IMG/VR virus record: IMGVR_UViG_3300021426_000067
Direction: 5' to 3' (one strand)
Length of the DNA stretch: 64,000 nucleotides
From: a virus
Lineage: Duplodnaviria; Caudoviricetes
The notes beneath the pieces were generated by a model. The model did not search any database, was not told where the DNA came from, and saw only the letters and a program-made list of their open reading frames with translations. The position numbers and the translations under genes were made by a program. Shown here one piece after another: positions 21,154-30,337 of this stretch (position 1 is the first letter of the stretch; each line of letters starts with the position of its first letter).

Positions 21154-21886
21154 TTTTATTACCTCTCTTTTATTGTATCTTTATTATATCAGGTTCGCGT
21201 GGGTTTGTCAACCCTTAAATTCGAAAACTTTTTCAATGGGTTCTAACCATAATTCATCTTCAGTACGGGTTACTTCATTAATAAACCATGTAAGAAAAAT
21301 ATACTCTTTATTGGAGAGTTTCACTGTAACAGTTTCATCGTATATTGTGTTATGTAATGTATAATATTTCTTTTCTTCCATTTTGATTACCTCTTTTTTC
21401 TTTATTATATCATCAATATTTAATTATGTCAAGAGGACAAAGATTTTTATTTGTTGGGGGAGTGGAAGATAGAGCGTGCGCACGAAACTTTATTTTCCTA
21501 CTCTCAAGGACTGTATCTTTACATATCCCCTTGACAATTATTAGTATATCACATTATAGGAAAAAAACAATGTACAAATTGCACAAAAATTTACTGAAAA
21601 AATTGTGCAGATCGTATAATAAACAGATTGACGGCTCGACGCCACAGGAATCGAGCCGTCAGCTTAAACCAACGGCTCTTTTCTGAGAAAGGGAACAAAA
21701 ACCTAAAAAAGGGTAATGTCATAAACCTGCTTGCCCGCAAATGCAGACGCTACACATAAGGAGTTAATTACAACGCTCGTCTCTACGATTACAACAGTAT
21801 GGTCAACACAAGACAGAATATACTTTTTCATAATTTTTTCTCCTTTTCTTTTGATAATATAATTATAATATAATATTTATAAAATG

Positions 21887-22189
21887 TCAAGGGGATTTTT
21901 TAATTCTAATAGTAAAATCATCGCCCCCAAAAAAGTTCATAGGGAAATCTTCAAAAAATTCTTTAACCCCATATTTCCAAAGATACCGAAAAAAAGTAAA
22001 AAGCATAACAGGAATAAAGAAAATTATTTTTAATGTCCGCCTGGGAGTGATTGCAACTACTGTATACTCATGCTCTTCTTTTTTAATATAAAATTTAAAA
22101 AGCAAAGGGAGCAGGAAAGGAATTTTAACAAAAGGTTCATTAGTATTTCCCATCATAGCGCAGAACTCTTTAAAAGAAATTTGTCTCAT
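21887..22189 (-). CDS. hypothetical membrane protein
   Basis: hydrophobic segments, AGGAG RBS. Confidence 0.5.
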   Translation of the reverse strand: MRQISFKEFCAMMGNTNEPFVKIPFLLPLLFKFYIKKEEHEYTVVAITPRRTLKIIFFIPVMLFTFFRYLWKYGVKEFFEDFPMNFFGGDDFTIRIKKSP

Positions 22190-22249
22190 TTATTTTCTCC
22201 TTTTTTATTTTATTATACAGGATACTTATGGTTTTGTCAAGGGGATTTT

Positions 22250-22693
22250 TTAAATCCCCTTGAGGATTTCTAAAATATTGTGAACATCATAGGCGATTCC
22301 TGTCCATGTTGTTCTATTCTTTTCTTCATCATCGAAAAGAATATCATTTTCAGTGGCGAATGTCTGTTTGGGAGTTCCATAGGTTTCAATGTGGATTTCA
22401 TCAAAGTGAACGCTTGCCAGATGCTTTTTAAGCCAATCCATTTTAGCTTTTGTGACAGCTTCATCGTATTCAGGTTTGCTGTCACGAGCCAGCCAGCTGA
22501 TAATGCCGATGCGGAATCCAGTTTTCTGAAGCCTATTAAGGATTCTGGCAAGAGAAGCCATTCTCAGCAGGGGTTCTGCATGGATGTAAGGATAAGGATT
22601 TTCAGCGTGGAGATAATCAAGCCAACCCTCAACACCATAGAAGTTTGCTAAAGTACCGTCCATATCGAAATAAATAGTAGTCATTTTTATCAC
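22250..22693 (-). CDS. HAD-superfamily 5'(3')-deoxyribonucleotidase-like protein
   Basis: YFDMDGT motif I, ILFDD motif IV. Confidence 0.8.
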   Translation of the reverse strand: MIKMTTIYFDMDGTLANFYGVEGWLDYLHAENPYPYIHAEPLLRMASLARILNRLQKTGFRIGIISWLARDSKPEYDEAVTKAKMDWLKKHLASVHFDEIHIETYGTPKQTFATENDILFDDEEKNRTTWTGIAYDVHNILEILKGI

Positions 22694-23339
22694 CTCTCTC
22701 TGTTTGCCTTTCTGTAATTATATATTAGCACACTTTACATAGGCTGTCAAATAAAAAATGTAACAAAAATGGGAAAAAATATCGCCGCTTTTTTGTTACA
22801 TTTTCCTATTGACAAAAGTGCGGGTGATGTGGTATAATGATCAGCGCGTCGGCCCGATGGTTGACGCGGCGATAAAAAGGGCGGTGCGAACCTGACTATG
22901 AATGTGGTTCCTGACCGCCCTATAAATTTAGTATTTGATTTCCCGTGCGGGCAGGAGCCAGTGGCCAGTTGGCTCCCTTTTTGTGCCCTCGTACCAGTTT
23001 CTGTCATCGCGCCGTACGTAGCGCTCTACTTTTTCGCTTGGTCAGCATTATCTTTCTCCTCTCTTGGCTTGATTGTCTCGCTACAGGAGACCGCCCATTT
23101 AGATTTAAAATTTAGAATTTAGAAATTAATTATAGTGGTTTCTTTTGGCGATGCTCTAATCATTTTTCTCACCTCTCTTTGATGATTTAATTATATCAGG
23201 TTCAGAAGCTATTGTCAAGAGGTTTTTTAACTTTTTCTTTCAAGCGTCCTACCTGAGCGGTAACCCTAAGCAAGACGCTTGCCCAGTAAGTTGTTTTCCT
23301 CTTTTGTTATATTTATTATATCTTATTTTTATTTAGTTG

Positions 23340-23621
23340 TCAACCCCTTTCTTTAATTTTTTCTAAACAATCTCTATCATCAAAAACTTTGCTAAACATC
23401 ATGTACTCTACTGCTTCTAAATGCTGAAGAATACCGCTGTTAGGATATTTTTTTTTCATTTTATCAAACCATTGTTTGATTTCTTTTTCTGTATATTTTT
23501 TATTTTCAATAGTTTCATTGACACATTTCTGTACTTTTCTTAATTCAGAGGGGGTCATACTGGAAAAATATGACTTTAAATCAGAAAAAGTTTTGATTTC
23601 TACTGTCTTACCATAATCCAT
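23340..23621 (-). CDS. hypothetical protein (C-terminal half paralogous to 26431-26592)
   Basis: MKKKYPNS..LEAVEYMMF..FDDRDCL. Confidence 0.55.
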   Translation of the reverse strand: MDYGKTVEIKTFSDLKSYFSSMTPSELRKVQKCVNETIENKKYTEKEIKQWFDKMKKKYPNSGILQHLEAVEYMMFSKVFDDRDCLEKIKERG

Positions 23622-23967
23622 AATATTTTTCCTTTCTTTTAATCGGAAATTTTTTTATTTTTCCTGCGGACTTCTTTTTTTGCCCACTTTTTCATATCCT
23701 TTTTAGATTTCATATCCTGCCAGTATCCGTGAGTAACGGTGGTCTTTTTGTAATCTGCTCTTTTCATTTGTGGTAGCTCCTTTCTGTAATTATATGATAC
23801 TACATCGGGCGGAGAATGTCAAATGGAATATTGCACAAATTATGGGATCTGGTTCACAGAAATGTTTATGCAAATTGCCTATTGACAAATGGGCAGCACC
23901 TGTGGTATAATGGAAACGCGCCAGACCCGACAGCTGGCGCGGCGATGAAAAAAAGGTAAGATTTCTC

Positions 23968-24513
23968 TTACCTTTCTCCCTTAAAACCCCATTTGTAGCA
24001 GAGAGGAGCATCTTTTTTCAAATCAATATCAGGGTACTTCTTTAAAATCTCCCTTGTATCAAATCCTCTTGAAGTGATGACTGCAAATCCATGAGGCGTT
24101 CTGTGGATTGCGTACTTAATTTCCGCAGGGATTTCTTTAATAAAAGCTAAAGTAGTATTTAAATCAGTATCACAATCAAAGAGCCATTTTTTCTCCAGCT
24201 TATTTTCTACTTTTGAAGCGAGAGAAACGACTTTGTTTTCAATCTGTTCCAGCTTCCAATTAGTAGGAGTGATAGCTTCATCAATGAGGAACTTTGCCAA
24301 TTCTTTTTTGACTTTAGTTTCATCTACTCTATTGATAGAAACATAAAATCTGGAAAACTCGCCATCCATGCCCTTTTCAATAAAATCTTTGAACTTTTCA
24401 TCAAGCTCTTTATTGAGGAAGCCCTCTGTTAAGAAACTTTTAGAACGAGGTTTAAATCCCTCAATATTTGCATTGTCTTTATTACGGCTGATAAAATTAA
24501 TTACGTAAGTCAT
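23968..24513 (-). CDS. hypothetical protein, possible AEP/primase-like catalytic motifs
   Basis: WLFDCD (hhhDxD) and RTPHGFAV. Confidence 0.45.
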   Translation of the reverse strand: MTYVINFISRNKDNANIEGFKPRSKSFLTEGFLNKELDEKFKDFIEKGMDGEFSRFYVSINRVDETKVKKELAKFLIDEAITPTNWKLEQIENKVVSLASKVENKLEKKWLFDCDTDLNTTLAFIKEIPAEIKYAIHRTPHGFAVITSRGFDTREILKKYPDIDLKKDAPLCYKWGFKGER

Positions 24514-24699
24514 TTTTTATTTCCTCCTGACAATTATTATTATATATTAAATTAATAAAAAAGTCAAATAAAATATTGCATAAAAAACAGGATCTATAAA
24601 GTCTCATCTTTGTTAGATTTTTCTATTGACAAAAAGTGCATTATATAGGGGAATAGACTTGGCGCGCTGTCACCGTTCGAAGACAGCGCGCCAATAAAA

Positions 24700-24937
24700 A
24701 AAGTAGGTTTCAGCCTTTCGAGCATCCCCCTACTTTATTGCGTCCATTCTTGCCACCCCCGGAGTTTCAGACGCGCTCCGTTGCTGCCACCACATTTGTA
24801 TTCCGCACAGCAAGATTGTAGGCGTGCGGTCGTGGTCTTTATCAGCAGGACTTATCCGGGCAACTTGCGCCCTAAGAACCGCACCTTCAGCCTGCATCCC
24901 GACCTTCGTGGGTTTGGGGTTTTCCTTCCCTTTGATG
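24700..24937 (-). ncRNA. candidate ~240 nt structured ncRNA
   Basis: TTGACA-N17-TATAAT promoter at 24942-24971, GC-rich multi-stem body without RBS-led ORF, hairpin plus U-tract end. Confidence 0.5.
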
Positions 24938-24984
24938 ATTTAATTATATCAGGCTTCCGCCGGATTGTCAAGAGTTTTTTGAAA

Positions 24985-25090
24985 AAAAGTTGGGCTTTTT
25001 TGCGAGGGTGTTCGCACGGTTGACTTCCTTTTCTCGCCCTAACTACCAATCCCCTTAGTAGTGCATTGACGTGTTCCTCACTTTCTATAT
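24985..25090 (-). ncRNA. candidate ~100 nt ncRNA
   Basis: promoter TTGACA..TACAAT at 25093-25121, internal hairpins, U-tract end, no convincing ORF. Confidence 0.4.
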
Positions 25091-25137
25091 CTATTGTAGC
25101 ACGGAATCACTGGATTGTCAAGAGTTTTTTGAAAAAA

Positions 25138-25234
25138 TGTAAGAGCAGGAGTTGAACCTGTAGGTGGCTACTGGTGCACGCTTCACCACCGATACTGTTA
25201 GGTATCACCTACTTCCGTTCGGTTTCCCCTTACA
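25138..25234 (-). ncRNA. tRNA-like ncRNA (acceptor stem plus T arm, no canonical D/anticodon arms)
   Basis: TGTAAGG/TCTTACA 7 bp stem abutting CAGG-TTCAACT-CCTG; internal GTAGGTG/CACCTAC helix; own promoter. Confidence 0.5.
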
Positions 25235-25877
25235 AGTATATATTACCATACCCCGCCTGCAGGGTCAAGGGGTATTTAATAAAAAAATTGCACAAAATCG
25301 GGAATCGAAAAGTATTAGTTTTTGTTCAATTTTCCTATTGACAAAAGAGGCTGGGGTGTGTTATACTGAAAAACCCGCCGAATCGACAGTCGGCGGGCCA
25401 GCAAGAGCAACCAAAAAAGAGAGGGTTACCCCTCTCTTTTATCAAATCAGATGACCACGGTTTGTGTACAGGTTGTAGATGTAGGTGTAACCATCAGCCA
25501 TGTCAACGTAGACCTCGCCAGCATAAAGGCTGATTTCCTCGATAGGCCGTCTATCCTTTTTGGGGATGGCATTTAAAATCTGCTGAAGTTTTGTGAAATC
25601 TACATAACCTAATGTTTCCATTTTTTATCTCCTCTCTTGAATCTATATTAATTGTACTACAGGGGGTTGAGGTTGTCAACCCCTTATTTTAAAGAACTAC
25701 ATATTTTTCAGTCTGATAAAAGGTATCAATGGTAGGCGTTTCTAACTCATCAAAATGGTTATAGTAGCCACCGCTGTCACGATGCTGGATTACGACTTCT
25801 AAATCTAATGCGTTATTCTGTTTTGCCCACTCATATAAGTCTTTAATTGTCATTTTTAATCTCCTCTTTTACGGTTT

Positions 25878-26045
25878 TTAGAAATTAAGTGTAACCACAC
25901 CGCCGATTTCACGAGCAACCTCATCAGCCCTCTCTTTGGTTTCATATGCGCCCCAGAACCAGAGTTCTCCATCGCAGAGTCTGGAAACGATGAACATATA
26001 TCTCTTTGCGTAGTCAGGCAGGTTTCTTACATTGATTTTGGTCAT
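25878..26045 (-). CDS. small protein (paralog family C)
   Basis: RLCDGELWFWGAYETKERADEVAREIGG; 55 aa, not in ORF track. Confidence 0.6.
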   Translation of the reverse strand: MTKINVRNLPDYAKRYMFIVSRLCDGELWFWGAYETKERADEVAREIGGVVTLNF

Positions 26046-26266
26046 TTTTTTGTACCCCTTTCGTGGTAGTTATTGGTTATGTCCCTTACAAGTATTATAA
26101 TACTATACCTGCGTAGAAATGTCAAGGGGGTTTTGCAAATTTTCTGGAAAAATTTTACTGATCAGCGTGCGCCTAAATCCAGCTGATTTTTTCGCTGATC
26201 ATGGGTGAAAACATTTGGCGGTGCGCTCCCCGTCGCCCGCGCACCGCCAAATAAAAAAAGTGGGAC

Positions 26267-26362
26267 TTAATCGTCCCACTCATCAGAGGTCATCGCCTCT
26301 TCAAGGGCCTCGGCCTCGAATGCCTCGGTCATGTAATACTCTTCCGCCACCCACATTCCCAT
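26267..26362 (-). CDS. 31 aa highly acidic micropeptide
   Basis: GAGAGGAG RBS and own promoter; MGMWVAEEYYMTEAFEAEALEEAMTSDEWDD. Confidence 0.55.
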   Translation of the reverse strand: MGMWVAEEYYMTEAFEAEALEEAMTSDEWDD

Positions 26363-26430
26363 GTCGCTCTCCTCTCTTGTTGAGTGCTTTCCTTTAACTG
26401 TCTTTATTATACTACAGTGAATTGGGGTTG

Positions 26431-26592
26431 TCAACCCATTTCTTTTATTTTTTTCAAACAATCTCTATCATCAAAAGTATTGTTAAACATCATGTACTCT
26501 ACTGCTTCTAAGCACTGAAAAAGATTGCTGTTAGGATACTTTTTTTTCATTTCAGCAAACCATTCTTTGAGTTCATTTTCTGTATAGGTCAT
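26431..26592 (-). CDS. small protein paralogous to 23340-23621
   Basis: MTYTENELKEWFAEMKKKYPNS. Confidence 0.6.
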   Translation of the reverse strand: MTYTENELKEWFAEMKKKYPNSNLFQCLEAVEYMMFNNTFDDRDCLKKIKEMG

Positions 26593-26606
26593 TTTTTACT
26601 CTCCTT

Positions 26607-26723
26607 TTAATAAAATCCATCATTTTCTTCTGTATCTTCATCTTCTGGATCATCTTCATCTTCAATGAGATTGTTCAAAATGTAGTATGCTTTTTTAATA
26701 TAATCTTCTCCATAGAAATTCAT
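26607..26723 (-). CDS. 38 aa highly acidic micropeptide
   Basis: AGAGG RBS; ..IEDEDDPEDEDTEENDGFY. Confidence 0.5.
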   Translation of the reverse strand: MNFYGEDYIKKAYYILNNLIEDEDDPEDEDTEENDGFY

Positions 26724-26822
26724 TGTTTTTTCCTCTCTTGTTATATGTTTTCCTTTAACTGTATTTAGTATATCAAATTAAAATCGGATTGTCAAGGGTT
26801 TTTTTGGAAAATGTCAGGAAAA

Positions 26823-27245
26823 TTAATTCCTGACTTTTTCCAAAAGTGCTTTTTTATTTGCAAGCTGTTTTTCAAGTTCTGCAATTTCTCTTTCAAGTCT
26901 TGTAATCTGTGCCTTGCGTGCTTTGGCTTTCCGATATTCTTCTACGGTCATGCCTGCGTCCTGCGCTTTCCGCATTTCAGTAGCAAGTCTCTTTTCTTTT
27001 CTGGCTTCAGCTTTTTCCTGCCGCGCCTGATAGGCGGCTTCCCTTGCGGCGTCCTCGGCGGCGATTTCTTCAACAGTCTTAATGTAACCCTCATTGACGG
27101 TGTAACCTACGGCGGCGGCTTTTGCGGCTGCTTCTTCAGCAGTTTCTGCCTGAACCTCAACGACTTCAACGTCGTAGTTATAGGCACCGCCCATATATGC
27201 GATATAATCAGCGTGTTTCATTCTCTCAACTCTATAAGTGTTCAT
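26823..27245 (-). CDS. Ala/Glu-rich coiled-coil protein
   Basis: 140 aa, own promoter. Confidence 0.65.
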   Translation of the reverse strand: MNTYRVERMKHADYIAYMGGAYNYDVEVVEVQAETAEEAAAKAAAVGYTVNEGYIKTVEEIAAEDAAREAAYQARQEKAEARKEKRLATEMRKAQDAGMTVEEYRKAKARKAQITRLEREIAELEKQLANKKALLEKVRN

Positions 27246-27362
27246 TTTATATTCCCCTTTCTATTTCCTTTCTGTAATTATATGATACTACATTTTTTTT
27301 AATTTGTCAAATACTTTTTTTGATAAGGAGCAGGCAGGTTCTGCCCGCCCCCGCCATATGGA

Positions 27363-27575
27363 TTAGATTATAGGAGTGGCAAGACCGCCAATCTCACATG
27401 CGACCTCAAAAGCCCTGTCCATGGTTTCATATGCACCATAGAACCATGCCTCATCGTCACAAATACGGAATGTGATGAACGCTTCATGAAGAGCATATGC
27501 AGGGACGTTCTGGATGCGCCATCCATTAGTCTCAATAGTGAAAACCTTGTTGTTCCAATCTTTGATAATAGTCAT
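27363..27575 (-). CDS. small protein (paralog family C)
   Basis: close copy of 28570-28782. Confidence 0.65.
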   Translation of the reverse strand: MTIIKDWNNKVFTIETNGWRIQNVPAYALHEAFITFRICDDEAWFYGAYETMDRAFEVACEIGGLATPII

Positions 27576-27953
27576 TGTTTTAATCCCCTTTCAAATTGTT
27601 GTTGTGTTCCCTTGACACTACCTATTATAAGGGCTACTATAATATAGTGCAATAGTCAAAGTATACAAATTTTCATGGCTTTATTGTACAAAACCACCAA
27701 AAAAATGAGGTTTTTGTAAACGATTTCACGAAAAACACGAAAAATTTTACGAAAACTTTACGAAACTATCGATCATTAGCTTACTGGCAAAATATACAAA
27801 AACCGTAGGCGGTTTTTGGTAGATCTGCTGAAAAGCAATTTCGTCACTTTTAACAATTACCGGATTGTATTTTTATATATTTTTTTATAAAATTAGTCTT
27901 GACAAACTGCGGTTATATGTGGTATAATTTTGCGGCCAGCAGCCGGTCGTTTA

Positions 27954-28224
27954 CTTTAGTCATTTAATGCTTTAGTGTACTAAAGCTAACAAACAAAACT
28001 CTAAGTTTTGACTATTAACTTCAATGCTTTAGTGCGTTAAAGTTAATAGTCAAAACTTAGAGTTTATGTTATTAACTTTAACACTTTAGCGCATTAAAGC
28101 TAACTTCAATACTTTAGTGCGCTAAAGTTAGCAACTAAAACTTGAAGTTTTGGCTATTAACTCTGACACTTTAGCGCGTTAAAGCAGATCAGGATCTGGA
28201 CTTTCGGGCTTTAACGCGCTAAAG
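27954..28224. repeat. array of CTTTA-N6-TAAAG palindromes with nested 26 bp perfect inverted repeat
   Basis: copies at 27970, 28027, 28084, 28112, 28169, 28209; IR AAACTCTAAGTTTTGACTATTAACTT spanning 27996-28065. Confidence 0.85.
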
Positions 28225-28333
28225 CATATGCGGTCAAGGATCTGGCTTTTTTTTGGCATAACGGAGCGGAAGCCTGAGGCGGCTCGCTCCCGAGCGCCCG
28301 CGAGCCGCCAATTTTTAGAGGTAAGGAAGAGGG

Positions 28334-28429
28334 TCACCCCTCTTCCTCTTCCAGGACCTCGGCAACCTCTGCCCAGATGGCATCCCAGCCGTATTCGTTA
28401 TATGCTACCTCAAGTGCTGTCATTTCCAT
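28334..28429 (-). CDS. 31 aa acidic micropeptide
   Basis: AAGGAG RBS, own promoter; MEMTALEVAYNEYGWDAIWAEVAEVLEEEEG. Confidence 0.55.
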   Translation of the reverse strand: MEMTALEVAYNEYGWDAIWAEVAEVLEEEEG

Positions 28430-28569
28430 GTTCGTTTCTCCTTTCTGTAGTGCTTTCCTTTAACTGTCTTTATTATAACAGGTGGTTACTGGATTGTCAA
28501 GTCTTTTTTTTTATTTTTTTTAGATTTTTTTGAGGGGCAGGCAGGTTCTACCTGCCCCTTGCCTATAGG

Positions 28570-28782
28570 TCACACTACCGGAGTAGCAAGACCACCGATT
28601 TCCTCGGCGACCTCGAGCGCCCTGTCCATGGTGTCATATGCACCGTAGAACCAGCAGGTATCATCGCAGATGCGGAATGTGATGAACCGTTCGGTCAAGG
28701 CATATGCCGGAACGTTCTGGATGCGCCAGCCGTTAGTGTCGATTGTGAAAACCTTGTCTTTCCAATTTCTTACGATTGTCAT
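28570..28782 (-). CDS. small protein (paralog family C)
   Basis: FRICDDTCWFYGAYDTMDRALEVAEEIGG. Confidence 0.65.
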   Translation of the reverse strand: MTIVRNWKDKVFTIDTNGWRIQNVPAYALTERFITFRICDDTCWFYGAYDTMDRALEVAEEIGGLATPVV

Positions 28783-29009
28783 TTTTTTATTCCCCTTTCT
28801 GTTGTTTGTTGTTTTCCCTTTCTGTAATTATATAATAACATAGGTTGCTCACACTGTCAATACTTTTTTAATAAAAAAATGTATAAATTAGGAAAAAATA
28901 TTTTGTGCAAAAATCTCAAAAATTAGTCTTGACAAACTGCTGCCATATGTGATATAATTTTTTCGCCCGCCAAACGGGCGTTCGCGTTAACTAAAAAAGG
29001 ATTTGAGGT

Positions 29010-29174
29010 TTAAACCTCAAATCCTACGATAGTACCATCTTCTGCTACGGTCACCAGAGCCTCACCAGAGCCGTAACCAGTGCCGGATACGTAGATAGTG
29101 CCGTCCTCAAATTCAGTAATGTCTACCAGACCGATGTGAGCCATTTCTCGAAGTACTGCAATAGTAAATAACAT
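29010..29174 (-). CDS. small acidic protein
   Basis: AGGGG RBS before MLFTIAV. Confidence 0.55.
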   Translation of the reverse strand: MLFTIAVLREMAHIGLVDITEFEDGTIYVSGTGYGSGEALVTVAEDGTIVGFEV

Positions 29175-29535
29175 TTTGTGTTCCCCTTTCTGTGGTTGTT
29201 TTCCTTTAACTGTCTTTATTATAGCAGGTTTGCTGTAGTCTGTCAACAACTTTTTTGAAAAATTTTTAAATTTTTCTGTCTCAGCGGGAACCGGACCTAC
29301 TCAGCCTCAGCTCCCGCCGGAGCTTTTATTTTGTTGTTGTTCCTTTCTGTAATTATATAATAGCACACTGGATTAACTTTGTCAAATGATTTTTAATAAA
29401 AAAATATACAAATCAGGAAAAGATTTTTTGTGCAAAAATCTTGAAAATTAATCTTGACAAACCGCATCACTATATGGTAAAATTTTTTCGCCCTGCAGGC
29501 GGTCGGCTTCAGTAGCCGCCGCCTGTTTTTGCTTT

Positions 29536-29844
29536 TCAGCAGTATGCCAGATTTTTTCTTGCCCAACCGAAAATGCTAATCTGTTTGCAAGCCCTGCCGA
29601 TTGCAAGTGCTTCTTTTTTAGTGTTAACTCTTTTGCTTTTATCTACATAGTAGATACCATTAGCAAGCCAGACACCGCAGTTACCACCAAATGCCTTGAC
29701 AGCATTAATTGCATCCCTTGCTGTTGTCGCCTCAATACCTTCAGTGGCAACCTGCCAGCCTGTCTTATAAGTGACGATCTGACCATTTTTAAGAGTGATA
29801 CCATCATTATCCTGCAGTTTGTTAATTGTACGAATGTTAATCAT
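29536..29844 (-). CDS. hypothetical protein
   Basis: start MINIRTIN; own promoter. Confidence 0.6.
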   Translation of the reverse strand: MINIRTINKLQDNDGITLKNGQIVTYKTGWQVATEGIEATTARDAINAVKAFGGNCGVWLANGIYYVDKSKRVNTKKEALAIGRACKQISIFGWARKNLAYC

Positions 29845-30112
29845 TTTATAAACCCTTTCTTTTTTGTTTTTATTGTTTTCCCTTTCTGTAATTATAATAT
29901 AACACATTAGTTCAACCTTGTCAATGGATTTTTGATAAAAAAATGCACAAAATAGGAAAAAATATTTTGTGCAGATTTTCCGCAAATTAGTCTTGACAAA
30001 CTGCATCATTGTATGGTATAATTGTTTCGACTTGCAGTCGATCGACTGCGTTTATTAACATAGTTAAAGGCAAGTCTTTCGACTTGCCTTTGTTTGTGTG
30101 TGTTACATCTTT

Positions 30113-30337
30113 TCAGAAGATTCTAATTCTGTCTGCCTTTGCAAGTTTCACCGGATGAAAGAACCCTGCTTTTAAGTAGACTTCATAACGTGTGTCTGCG
30201 CCGTCTACACGAATCATTCTGTAAATTGCTTTATGGTTTTCAGTTGCAAGTGCTTTGGCATCCTGCCACGCTTTGCCCCAACACTCTGTATCTGTAAACT
30301 CTGTACCTGCTACGATGTAATTGTAAGTCTTTGTCAT
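30113..30337 (-). CDS. hypothetical protein
   Basis: GAGG RBS before MTKTYNY; terminator-like hairpin at 30066-30091. Confidence 0.6.
   Translation of the reverse strand: MTKTYNYIVAGTEFTDTECWGKAWQDAKALATENHKAIYRMIRVDGADTRYEVYLKAGFFHPVKLAKADRIRIF

Noticed and set aside
27954-28224. CRISPR array
   Set aside because: Repeats are 16 bp palindromes with variable cores; intervening sequences are related or inverted copies, not unique spacers; no cas genes.
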